Shown piece after piece: positions 29,310 to 38,166 of a DNA stretch of 64,000 bases (position 1 is the stretch's first letter; every line of letters starts with the position of its first letter). Origin of the DNA: Polyangiaceae bacterium (lineage in GTDB: Bacteria; Myxococcota_A; Polyangia; Polyangiales; Polyangiaceae); NCBI GenBank assembly GCA_044222475.1, contig JBGANF010000001.1, positions 64,001 to 128,000 on the forward strand. Direction: 5' to 3'. The notes beneath the pieces were generated by a model. The model was given only the letters and a program-made list of their open reading frames with translations. It was not told the origin of the DNA and ran no database searches. A program made the translations under genes and the position numbers.

Positions 29310-29506
29310 AAGATCCGTCTACGCCTTCCGGTGCCCGTGCCCGTGCCCGTGCCCGTGCCCGAAGAATCCCGCTGACAAACCTCGACCGAGACGCTGGCGA
29401 ACTGCCAATGCGTAGCGTCCTGCGAGCGCGCGATTTGCGAGTTCGTCAGCGTCTTCGATCGGGCACGGGCACGGGCACGGGCACGTTCACGGGGAGAGAC
29501 GGTCTT
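29310..29506. repeat. Intergenic fold-back element with inverted hexamer arrays
   Basis: (GTGCCC)5 at 29331-29360 and (GGGCAC)4 at 29461-29484, plus additional inner and outer complementary arms. Confidence 0.85.
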
Positions 29507-29514
29507 TTTGGAAG

Positions 29515-30174
29515 CTACATCCGGCGGTAGAGACCCACCACCACACCGAGCAGCATCGTCGGCTTGAAGTCCATCGCCCGCACCAGGATGGGCGCCATCG
29601 TCTTGTTTGCCGGCTGGAAGCGGACGTAGTCCTTCTCCGGGTAGTAGTACTTCACCGTCGCTTCGTCGCCGATGAGGGCCACTACGATTTCGCCGCGCGA
29701 CGCGGTGAGCTGCTTCTTCACGAAGATGTAGTCGCCGCTGAGGATCCCGGCGTCGATCATCGAATCGCCGTGCACTCGGAGACCGAAGATCTCGCGACCG
29801 CCCTTCAGCAGGACGCGATCGATCTTCACCGTGTCGATCACGTGCTCCTCGGCGAGAAGCGGCAACCCCGCCGCGACGCGCCCGAGCACCTGGATCTCGA
29901 CCATGTCCTCGTCGTTCGCGGCGGTGCCGTTCGTGAGCTCACCGGCGGTCGGCAGAGGCAGCTGCCCCGTCGGCCGGAGCGCGCGCGACTTCATGTCTTC
30001 GCGTGTCAGGTAACCCTTGCGCTCGAGCGCGCGGAGGTGATCGTTCACCCCGTTCGTCGACCGGATCCCCATGCGCGCACCGATCTCGCGGAGCGTCGGG
30101 GGGTACCCCCGATCCGCGATCGATTGCCGAATGTAGTCGAGGACCATTTGCTGCCGCTCGGTCAGGCCTTGCAT
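29515..30174 (-). CDS. lexA: SOS repressor LexA
   Basis: LTERQ, GYPPTLREIG, HLRALERKG, RVAAG cleavage site, GDSM, ATVK. Confidence 0.97.
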   Translation of the reverse strand: MQGLTERQQMVLDYIRQSIADRGYPPTLREIGARMGIRSTNGVNDHLRALERKGYLTREDMKSRALRPTGQLPLPTAGELTNGTAANDEDMVEIQVLGRVAAGLPLLAEEHVIDTVKIDRVLLKGGREIFGLRVHGDSMIDAGILSGDYIFVKKQLTASRGEIVVALIGDEATVKYYYPEKDYVRFQPANKTMAPILVRAMDFKPTMLLGVVVGLYRRM

Positions 30175-30183
30175 GATGCACGA

Positions 30184-30213
30184 ATCCTACCTGAACGTGC
30201 GTTGCGCCGTCAA
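30184..30213 (-). promoter_or_regulatory. lexA sigma70-type promoter with putative LexA box in the spacer
   Basis: Minus strand TTGACG-18 nt-TAGGAT; spacer contains CGCAACGCACGTTCAGG, 14/17 to the M. xanthus box CTRHAMRYBYGTTCAGS (consensus recalled from literature). Confidence 0.65.
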
Positions 30214-30302
30214 CAAATGGGCTTGGCGCATCCTTTCAGCCACTACGCCCGCGCAGCTGTGGGCAAATTGGCTGACCCTCTGGTGACCGGGGCCGTTGGG
30301 GG

Positions 30303-30989
30303 CTACTTGTGGGGCGAGAACGGCTTTCCGGCCTTCCAGAGGTCGATGAAGTGCATCTCGTGGTCCTCGCCGTGGCACGTGGCGCACTCGAGCGAGACCC
30401 CTTTGGCCTTCGGCTTCAGCTTCCCCACGAACGACGCGTCCATCCATTTGGAGAGAGCCCGCTTGTCGGTGCGATCGAGGATGGTCGTACTGCCCTGGTG
30501 GCAGGAGTCGCAAAACAACGCCGAGCCGTCGGCCATCGCGAAGCCCCGCGCGTAGTCGTCCCACATCTTCTCGGCCACTCGCTTGCGCGGGGTGGCCGCT
30601 GCGAGATCGTCCAGGTGACACCCGTTGCACTGCACGCCGAGCGACCTCGACAACAGCTTCATCACCTTGCGCAGCTTGTCCGGCTCGAGCTTCGCCATCG
30701 CTGGGAGGTTCTTCGGATCGAGACCGATGTCGGTGAGGTCTTGCGCCATCGCGGTGGTGATCGGCGCCTTCATGTGGCCTGGGGTCGCCGACGCCGAAGC
30801 GGACGCCGAAGCGGACGCCGAAGCGGAAACGGACGCCGAAGCGGAAGCGGACGCGGAAGCGGAAGCGGACGCCGAAGCGGAGGCGCTTCCCGCCGGCGGA
30901 ACGTTGGGGCCGGGCCCCGCGCCCGCGCACGCCGCGAGCGCCGACATCCCCAGAGACACCGCGAGAAGCAGCCCTTTTCCGATGCGCAT
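30303..30989 (-). CDS. Triheme c-type cytochrome lipoprotein
   Basis: LAAC lipobox, Ser-Ala linker, CNGCH, CDSCH, CATCH. Confidence 0.85.
   Translation of the reverse strand: MRIGKGLLLAVSLGMSALAACAGAGPGPNVPPAGSASASASASASASASASASVSASASASASASASATPGHMKAPITTAMAQDLTDIGLDPKNLPAMAKLEPDKLRKVMKLLSRSLGVQCNGCHLDDLAAATPRKRVAEKMWDDYARGFAMADGSALFCDSCHQGSTTILDRTDKRALSKWMDASFVGKLKPKAKGVSLECATCHGEDHEMHFIDLWKAGKPFSPHK
30790..30885. repeat. 12-nt tandem repeat encoding the (Ser-Ala)n linker
   Basis: gacgccgaagcg units with variants. Confidence 0.85.
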
Positions 30990-31005
30990 GGTCCCTAACC
31001 TACGG

Positions 31006-31503
31006 TCATTCGAACTTGTTGCTCGTCGAGAGGAACGCGAGCTTGTCGTTCATCTCGCGGAGGCGCGTCGAGAGCATGCGGACGCACGCCCAGAGCACCT
31101 CGTAGGCGAGATCTTTGTGGAGGAAGAGGAGATCGTCGAAGGATTCCTTGGTCATGACGAGGAGACGGCAACGCTCGTGGGCGCGCGCGTCGGCGGAGCG
31201 AGTCGACTCGTCGAGCAATGACATCTCGCCGAAGACCTCACCCGGACCGAGAACGGCCAATGCCTCCTCGCCCATTCCCGAGATCTCGCGCGAGATGCGG
31301 ACCTTGCCTTCGAGGATGATGAAGAGCTTGTCGCCCGGATCGCCGTACTGGAAGATCCGCGTGCCGAGCGCGTGCGACTCCTCCGTCGTCACCTTGGCGA
31401 TGAGCGACAGACTCTCGCGCGTGAGGCCCTCGAAGAACGCGACGCGCGCGAGCTGATCTTCTCGCGCCGAAGCCGTCTCTTGCGCTCTCGCTTCGGTCGC
31501 CAC
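31006..31503 (-). CDS. Stand-alone cyclic nucleotide-binding domain protein
   Basis: IFQYGDPGD, GEVFGEMSLL...RSADA; no HTH. Confidence 0.9.
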   Translation of the reverse strand: MATEARAQETASAREDQLARVAFFEGLTRESLSLIAKVTTEESHALGTRIFQYGDPGDKLFIILEGKVRISREISGMGEEALAVLGPGEVFGEMSLLDESTRSADARAHERCRLLVMTKESFDDLLFLHKDLAYEVLWACVRMLSTRLREMNDKLAFLSTSNKFE

Positions 31504-31519
31504 GCCTCGTTCTCCCCCT

Positions 31520-32470
31520 TCAGTGCTGAGCCGCGAGCCAACGCTCCGCTTCGAGCGCCGCCATGCAGCCCGAGCCGGCGGCGGTCACCGCTTGACGATA
31601 GACGAAGTCTTGGACGTCGCCCGCGGCGAAGACGCCGGCGACGCTCGTCTGCGCCGTGCCGGGCTTGGTCTTGATGTAGCCGTTGTCGTGGAGGTCGAGC
31701 TGACCGGTGAACAGGTCGGTGTTCGGGGTGTGGCCGATCGCCACGAAGAACCCGGTGACCGGGACCTCGTCGAGCTTGCCGGTCTTGAGGTTCTTGAGCC
31801 GAACGCCGGTGACCTCGCCCTTCGACACGTCGAGGATCTCGTCCACCGCGCTGTCGTAGCGGACCTTGATCTTCGGGTTCTTGAACACGCGGTCCTGCAT
31901 CGTCTTGCTCGCGCGGAAGCTGTCGCGCCGGTGCACGAGCGTGACGGTCTTGCAGAGCCCGGAGAGGTACATCGACTCTTCCATGGCCGTGTCACCGCCG
32001 CCGACGACCATGACGTCCTGATTGCGGAAGAACGCGCCGTCGCACACGGCGCACGCCGACACGCCACGCCCCTTGAGCGCGTGCTCGCTCTCGATGTCGA
32101 GCCACTTGGCTTGGGCACCGGTCGCGATGATGAGCGTCTTCGCGGTGTGGAGGACGTTGTCGTCACCCGCCCAGATCTTGAACGGGCGCGCCGAGAGGTC
32201 GACCTTGTTCACGTCCTCGGTGCGGATGTCGACGCCTTGGTGGATGCCCTGCTCTCGAAAGGCCTTCATGAGATCGGGGCCGGTGATCTTGGTCGGGAAC
32301 CCGGGGTAGTTCTCGACGTCGTTCGTGATCATCAGCTGACCGCCGGGGATTCCCCCCTTGGTCATGCCTTCGAACATGAGTGGTTTGAGGTTGGCGCGTG
32401 CGGCGTAGATCCCGGCGGTGTGACCCGCGGGACCGGAGCCGATGATGATGACGTTGTGGGGTTCGCTCAT
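31520..32470 (-). CDS. trxB: Thioredoxin reductase
   Basis: IIGSGPAG, VENYPGF, SACAVCDG, VGGGDTA, GDVQD..YRQA. Confidence 0.97.
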   Translation of the reverse strand: MSEPHNVIIIGSGPAGHTAGIYAARANLKPLMFEGMTKGGIPGGQLMITNDVENYPGFPTKITGPDLMKAFREQGIHQGVDIRTEDVNKVDLSARPFKIWAGDDNVLHTAKTLIIATGAQAKWLDIESEHALKGRGVSACAVCDGAFFRNQDVMVVGGGDTAMEESMYLSGLCKTVTLVHRRDSFRASKTMQDRVFKNPKIKVRYDSAVDEILDVSKGEVTGVRLKNLKTGKLDEVPVTGFFVAIGHTPNTDLFTGQLDLHDNGYIKTKPGTAQTSVAGVFAAGDVQDFVYRQAVTAAGSGCMAALEAERWLAAQH

Positions 32471-32495
32471 GACTCGTTGTCTACGGAGGTCTCGA

Positions 32496-34127
32496 TCAGA
32501 AGCGGTATGACGCGCCTAGGTTGATGACGTTGAGGGCGTTGGTCATGGTGCCGAGGTTGACCGCCCAGTTCGTGCGGTACGGCTGGGCGCCGCCAGCGCA
32601 GTTGAGAGAGTTCGTGTCGGGGTTGCAGGGTGACCCAGCGAGCCCCTTGAGGCCAGGGGAGTTCGGGTCGGTGTTCGCTTGGTCGGCCACGAACATGTGC
32701 ATGAAGCCGAGCGAGAACTCGAGCGCGGAGCCTTTGCTCGCGCCGTCGATGACGGTCTTCGACAGCGGCACGCGGAACGTCCCGCCGAGGGCCAAGCCGA
32801 TGCGCTGGGCGCCCATGAAGTCGATGTTTTGGTACTGCTGATCTTGGCCGTTGGTCTCGAAGAAGGCGCCAGCGCGGATCGCGAGGCGATCCTTGATGGC
32901 GTTCCAGTCGCCGCCGAGGCGGATGCCGAAGACGTTCTTGTAGACGTGCGGTACGTCGGCGACCGGGGGGAGAGTGCCGCCGGCCCCGTTCACCGGGATG
33001 ACGCCGCTGCCGTCGGCGGCACCGGGGAAGCGCACCTGCAGGTTGTCGATCACCTGATTGTTCGCGAAGGTGAAGTCGATCTCGGCGTCCCACACGTCTT
33101 GCGACATCGGATCGCGGCGGTGCCGCTGGCCGACGTCGCCGCGAGCGCCGTGGACGCGCACGCCGATCTTCGCCTCCATCGGGATCGGAAGCGAGAGGTG
33201 CCCGTTGTCGCCCGAGCCGCACGTGGTGACGCCGGGAGTGCCGGTGCCGCAGTCCGGGACCGAGGTGTCACCGTTGATCACCCGGTTGTCGGGACCGTTG
33301 CGACCGACCGCCGGTCGGAAGTAGTTGGCCGACGTCTTCACGTCGCCGCTCGCGTCGATGGGGGCGCTCCACTTGAACCAACCGGCGAGGTCGACCATGT
33401 CGCTCGGGCTCCAGAGCGCACCGAGGGTGAAGCCGGGGATGAAGAGGTCGGAGACGTGGAACTCGGCCTTGATGTCGTTGGCCGTCGGCGTGAGACCGCT
33501 CTGGTTCACGGCTGCGGCGGCGTTCGCGAACTTCACGGAGGCGATGCCCCACTGGAACGCGGCGCCGATGCGCAAGCGATCGATCGGCTCCCAGCCGACG
33601 CCGATGGACGGGTTGAGCACGAGCGCGTCACCCGAGAGCAGCATGTAGCGCTGCGGTGCCGCTTGTGGCGTGCCGCTGCTGTCGTTGACGAACTCGGGCC
33701 AGGTGTTCTGCGCGACCCCGCTCGGCGCGAGGATGGCGATGCCGACCCCGAACCGCTCGTTCACCTTGAACGTCGCCGCGAGCTGCGGCCCGACTCCGAG
33801 ACCAAACTCGTTGCAGACCTCCGGGTACGTCCCGTTCGCCGCGCGAAGCGGATCGACCGACCCGTCGTTCGCGGCGGCGATGCGGTTGAAGCAGGACGAA
33901 CGGATCGTCAGGTTCGCCTGGAGCGTGAGCTTCGTGTCCTGCCCGGCGAGACCGGCGGGGTTGTAGAACGCGGCGAGCGGATCACTCGCTCGCGCGACCC
34001 ACGCACCACCGCGCGAGAGTTGTTCCGACCCGTTGTCGGGGAACTCGGTCACGTTGCTCGCCCAAGCCGTTCCCGACGCCGACACGGCGGCCAAGGTGGC
34101 GAGGAGCGTACGCATGCGCTTCTGCAT
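32496..34127 (-). CDS. FadL/TodX-like outer membrane transporter
   Basis: Signal peptide, RGGAWVARASDP.A.FYNPAGL hatch motif, beta strands, terminal YRF. Confidence 0.8.
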   Translation of the reverse strand: MQKRMRTLLATLAAVSASGTAWASNVTEFPDNGSEQLSRGGAWVARASDPLAAFYNPAGLAGQDTKLTLQANLTIRSSCFNRIAAANDGSVDPLRAANGTYPEVCNEFGLGVGPQLAATFKVNERFGVGIAILAPSGVAQNTWPEFVNDSSGTPQAAPQRYMLLSGDALVLNPSIGVGWEPIDRLRIGAAFQWGIASVKFANAAAAVNQSGLTPTANDIKAEFHVSDLFIPGFTLGALWSPSDMVDLAGWFKWSAPIDASGDVKTSANYFRPAVGRNGPDNRVINGDTSVPDCGTGTPGVTTCGSGDNGHLSLPIPMEAKIGVRVHGARGDVGQRHRRDPMSQDVWDAEIDFTFANNQVIDNLQVRFPGAADGSGVIPVNGAGGTLPPVADVPHVYKNVFGIRLGGDWNAIKDRLAIRAGAFFETNGQDQQYQNIDFMGAQRIGLALGGTFRVPLSKTVIDGASKGSALEFSLGFMHMFVADQANTDPNSPGLKGLAGSPCNPDTNSLNCAGGAQPYRTNWAVNLGTMTNALNVINLGASYRF

Positions 34128-34156
34128 CGATTCCTCTCAGTCGTCTGTCGTGGACA

Positions 34157-36013
34157 TCAGTCCTTGACCGGCGTCGCCTTGAGCGACGCGCGGCCGTCCT
34201 TCACGTACACCGAGAACTTCACCCGCTTGCACGCGTGGCGCTGAACGAGCGCGTCTCGGTTCTTCTTCAACGTCTGGCGGAACTTCTCGAAGGTGAGCCC
34301 CTCGGTCGGCTCGTTGCACTGCTTCTTCGTCTTGACGAATTCCTCGTACACGCCGGGCCACTCGGCCTCTTCCGCGTTGACCGCTTGGTTCGGTCCCGAC
34401 GCCTTCGCCATGACCTCCTGCGGGATCTGAGCGACCATCGTCGCTTCCTCTTCGTCGTCACCGCGACTCGGTGCCGGCGGGATCGGAGCGGCGGGCGGAG
34501 GCGCCACGGGAGCCGGCGCCGGGGGCGCCGCCGGACGAGCCGCATCCTGCGGGATCTTCATCGGCTGCACGACCGTCGGGCTCGTCACGGGCTGCTGGAG
34601 CCCTCCGCCGAGCGGAGCGGGCGGCCCGTGGTTGATGATCGGCGCGCTGCCGGGCGGCGGCGGCTTCGGACCCGACCCCGGAGGCGGCGTGCCGCGCTCA
34701 CCCGGTGCGGACGGGAAGCTGGGCTTCGAGCCCGCGGGCGGGACCGGAGGAATCATCGGCGGCGGTGCGCCCTGATCGGGCTGCGGGAACGAGAACGCGC
34801 TCATCGCCGGTTGCGCCGGAGCCGGACCGAGGATGGACTCGAGATCGGCGGTCTTTCGAGGTGCGCCTCCGCCCTTGTCGGCGACGCGCTCGATGCCGGA
34901 GTTCAGATCGATCGCGACGTCGCGGTATTTGCCGCTGAACGTCTGCGGCTGGAGGAGATCGATGTCACCCTTCTTCAGCTTCGCCGCCTGGACGACGAGG
35001 ACGTTGAGGGGGCGGTTGTACTCGAGGTACGTGAGCGCGACGCCGAAGAGGATTCCGAGCACGATGATCCCGGCGATGAGGCCGAGGTTGACGCTCTTCT
35101 TGTCGGTGTCGTCGGCGCTGGAGAGGAACTGCCCAGGGCTCGTGAGGAACACGCGCGTGCGCACGACGGCGTACCCGCCGCCGAGCTCGAACGCGTCGCC
35201 GTCGAGCTTGGCGAAGACCGCGCCCATCTGCTTCGTCGGCCCGATGTCGTGGATGGTGTCGGTGTGGCCCTTGGTCTTGTAGTCGGGGTCGCTCTCGAGC
35301 TTGGCGACCTCGGGGATGACGAGATCGAAGCCCGCTTCGTCGAAGCCGGTGACCGCGGCCGAGGCGCTGCGCTTGCCGTTCGCGTAGAAGACGACGTTCG
35401 TGTTCGTCTGCTTCGAGAGCTCTTGCGCATAGACGCGATCGATGGCGCGAATCGCGACGATGGCGCCCGCCGGCGGCTGCGTGACGTCGTACTCCACCGG
35501 ACGAGCGGAGACCATGTAGAGCTGGTCTCCCCAGACCCACACGTCGTCGCGTAGCCACCCGTGGAGCGCGTCGTTGACGGCAGAGTACCCGCCGAGCTCG
35601 AAGTCCTCGTAGGCGTTGACCTTGTCGTATCCGACCTGCGCGATGAGCCGGCCGTCGCGATCGACGAGGAAGAGCGCATCGGGGCGGTACTGCTTGGCGA
35701 TCTTGTCGAGGACGGAGTTGAGCGCTTTTTTCCCATCGTCGCGTGACTTCTGCGGGATCTTCTCCTTGTCGATCGTGGCGACGGCGGCGTCCTGAACGCC
35801 CTTGTCGACGCTGCCGACGAGGAGCGCATCGAGACGGCGGCGCGAGTCGATCTGGAGCGACCAGCGAACGACCTGACTGTCGGCGGCGAGCGACTCGTTC
35901 GAGGCCACCGTGGTCTTGCGGTTGTACTGCCCGACCGCGAGGAAGATTGCATAGACCGCGAACGCGGCGAGGACCGCGAGGATCGCGTACCAGAACCGGG
36001 AGAGGAGCATCAT
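34157..36013 (-). CDS. MXAN_5187 family membrane protein
   Basis: MLLSRFW TM, periplasmic domain, TM, HAMP-like segment, Pro-rich linker, C-terminal VYEEFV..KKQCNE...F.VYVKDGRASLKATP. Confidence 0.8.
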   Translation of the reverse strand: MMLLSRFWYAILAVLAAFAVYAIFLAVGQYNRKTTVASNESLAADSQVVRWSLQIDSRRRLDALLVGSVDKGVQDAAVATIDKEKIPQKSRDDGKKALNSVLDKIAKQYRPDALFLVDRDGRLIAQVGYDKVNAYEDFELGGYSAVNDALHGWLRDDVWVWGDQLYMVSARPVEYDVTQPPAGAIVAIRAIDRVYAQELSKQTNTNVVFYANGKRSASAAVTGFDEAGFDLVIPEVAKLESDPDYKTKGHTDTIHDIGPTKQMGAVFAKLDGDAFELGGGYAVVRTRVFLTSPGQFLSSADDTDKKSVNLGLIAGIIVLGILFGVALTYLEYNRPLNVLVVQAAKLKKGDIDLLQPQTFSGKYRDVAIDLNSGIERVADKGGGAPRKTADLESILGPAPAQPAMSAFSFPQPDQGAPPPMIPPVPPAGSKPSFPSAPGERGTPPPGSGPKPPPPGSAPIINHGPPAPLGGGLQQPVTSPTVVQPMKIPQDAARPAAPPAPAPVAPPPAAPIPPAPSRGDDEEEATMVAQIPQEVMAKASGPNQAVNAEEAEWPGVYEEFVKTKKQCNEPTEGLTFEKFRQTLKKNRDALVQRHACKRVKFSVYVKDGRASLKATPVKD

Positions 36014-36741
36014 GGCGATGCATCTCCCAGGTTGATCGTCTCCTTCACGTCACCGCCGCCTGCTTTCACCCCGACCGGCGCCGGCTTTCCGACCGGCTTG
36101 CCCTCGAAGTAGGCGCGCATCACGTAGTCGCCGACAGGGAGATTCGAGAACGCGTATGCCCCCGCGCGGTTCGGGAACGCGAAGTCGACTGCTCCCGGCT
36201 CGACCGCGACCACCATCTTCAGCGAAGGGAAGTTCTTGTCGAGGAACGTGTACGTGCCCTGCGACGGCGCGGTCCATTCGCGACGGCCGCCGGCCAGCGT
36301 CTCCTCGAGCTTGAACGAATCGTTCCCCGACAAGTAGAGGCGGTGGGGGAACGGATCGCGGCTCAGAAAGACCAGCTTCGTGCCGGGCGACACGACCAAC
36401 GTCGACCAGTACGTTCGGCCGCCCGTCACGTTGACGGTCACGTCGTCGTGCTTGGGCGCCGCGTTCGACGCGAGGGCGACGACGCACACGTCACGCGAAG
36501 GGTTCGCGCTGAGATCGCGGACCTCTTTCTTCACGGTCGGCGAGGGCTCACGCCAGGTGTAGCGGTGCGCCTCGAGCTTCGATGCGTCCGCGTACACTTG
36601 CGGCAGCAGCTTCTCCGCCGCGGTGACCTTTCCCTTCGTACCGCCGGCTTCGGCGGTTCCCGCGAGTGGAAGCACGAGAAGCACCACCGGAAGCAGCCTC
36701 AACGGGCGGAAGGTGGATGATCGGTTGGGCAATTTCGCCAA
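36010..36741 (-). CDS. Hypothetical exported beta-sandwich protein (cupredoxin-like / carboxypeptidase-regulatory-like)
   Basis: TTG start after AAGGAG; signal peptide; PGTKLVF..RDPFPH; G.Y.FSNLP.G.Y. Confidence 0.55.
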   Translation of the reverse strand: MAKLPNRSSTFRPLRLLPVVLLVLPLAGTAEAGGTKGKVTAAEKLLPQVYADASKLEAHRYTWREPSPTVKKEVRDLSANPSRDVCVVALASNAAPKHDDVTVNVTGGRTYWSTLVVSPGTKLVFLSRDPFPHRLYLSGNDSFKLEETLAGGRREWTAPSQGTYTFLDKNFPSLKMVVAVEPGAVDFAFPNRAGAYAFSNLPVGDYVMRAYFEGKPVGKPAPVGVKAGGGDVKETINLGDASP

Positions 36742-36840
36742 GTCGCAACGCTCCTTGTTGACCAAAGGTCCCAGGACCTACGGTGAGCAAACCCCAGCTT
36801 CTGCCGCTCTTGAAAAGGGAACGCTATCGCGCTGGATAGG

Positions 36841-38160
36841 TCACTGGCAACGCTTGAAAGGCACACCCTCGACGTTGGGGAAGCCACCGCCCACCGCCGT
36901 ACAGGTCGAACCGGTCGGGCAAAGGCCATCGCCCGAGCAGTCGCGCGAGCATTTCCCGCTGCTGCAGTAGCCGAAGGCGCAGTCACGGTCCTTCGTGCAG
37001 CTCTGCCCGACCTCCCCCGCCCCCAGACCCGGCAGGCAGAGCCCCACCCGCTGGTTCGAGATGTTCCCGACGCCGGTGCAGACGTACCCGTGGGCGCAAC
37101 CGCCCTGGAAACGGCAGCTGTCGACGCAGGAGTCACCCGAGAGGCCTGCCACCGAGCTCCCCACCGGACAGCTGTAGGCCGGCATGTTCGGGATCGTGAA
37201 GGCGTCGAAGTCGATGTGCTGGGCGTCGTTGCACAGGTTGACCTTCGTGTTGCCGTTGCAGGCGTACTCCGCGGGCTCGCCCTGGGCGAGCGGGCCGACG
37301 ACGTCGGCGGGGCGCTTGCAGGTGCCGCTGCACGTCCAGGGCGTGAGGGGGAGCGCCCGTTGGGGGCAGTCCGCCGCGCTCGAGCAGCTCAGCGTGCAGG
37401 AGGAGACGAGCATGCCCGTGTCGCAGAGGAGCGACGTGCAGGTCTGACCGCCCCCGCAGTACTGCTCGGCCTTCACGCAGACCTTTTGCGACGAGACGGT
37501 CGCGCAGCCGTAGCCATTTGGGCAGTCCGACCCGCTCGTGCAGGGCAGCGTGCAGTACGCCTGCTGGGCGCTCACGCACGCGAAGTTGCAGGTGCCGGGC
37601 GTGTTGATGTTGCAGGTTCGGCCCACGTCGATCTGCGCGCAGAACGTCTCGGCGCCAATCGTGATGCACTTCGTGCCCGTCATGCACTGCGCGCTCGACG
37701 AGCAGGTGCGCGTGCAGCGAGTCGGCCCGCCTTTGTACAAGGGACGACACAAGAGCCCGGAGCCGCACTGGCCGTCGTTCGCGCAGAGATCGAGCTCGCG
37801 CTTGAGCGGCCCCGAATCGGGTGGGGGCGAGCCATCGGGCGACGCGTCGGCCGGCGTCACGACGTCGGGCGGGGCGCCATCGGAGATGGTCGCATCGCCG
37901 CCACCATCGACCGGCACGCCCGAGTCTGCCGCGGCGCACAGACCGTTGACGTCGCACACCTCACCCGCCGCGCAATCGCGCTTGGCATCGACGCAGAGGC
38001 GCACGCACTTGCCGGCGCGACACGACTGGCTCGTCGGGCAGTCGCTGTTGATCTCGCACGGACCGGCCGTCGCGCAGCTCGTCGCGCACGCCACCCAGAC
38101 GAGCGCGAAGGCGCCACCGGCCAACAACGTGGAGACGAAGCCCGAGACGCGCACCCCCAT
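36841..38160 (-). CDS. Cys-rich repeat exported protein
   Basis: Signal/lipobox, repeated C..D.DC..G..C modules, D-A-G linker. Confidence 0.7.
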   Translation of the reverse strand: MGVRVSGFVSTLLAGGAFALVWVACATSCATAGPCEINSDCPTSQSCRAGKCVRLCVDAKRDCAAGEVCDVNGLCAAADSGVPVDGGGDATISDGAPPDVVTPADASPDGSPPPDSGPLKRELDLCANDGQCGSGLLCRPLYKGGPTRCTRTCSSSAQCMTGTKCITIGAETFCAQIDVGRTCNINTPGTCNFACVSAQQAYCTLPCTSGSDCPNGYGCATVSSQKVCVKAEQYCGGGQTCTSLLCDTGMLVSSCTLSCSSAADCPQRALPLTPWTCSGTCKRPADVVGPLAQGEPAEYACNGNTKVNLCNDAQHIDFDAFTIPNMPAYSCPVGSSVAGLSGDSCVDSCRFQGGCAHGYVCTGVGNISNQRVGLCLPGLGAGEVGQSCTKDRDCAFGYCSSGKCSRDCSGDGLCPTGSTCTAVGGGFPNVEGVPFKRCQ

Positions 38161-38166
38161 TTCTTA

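Noticed and set aside
30303..30989. Photosynthesis gene cluster
   Set aside because: No pufLM, bch or crt genes in the window.
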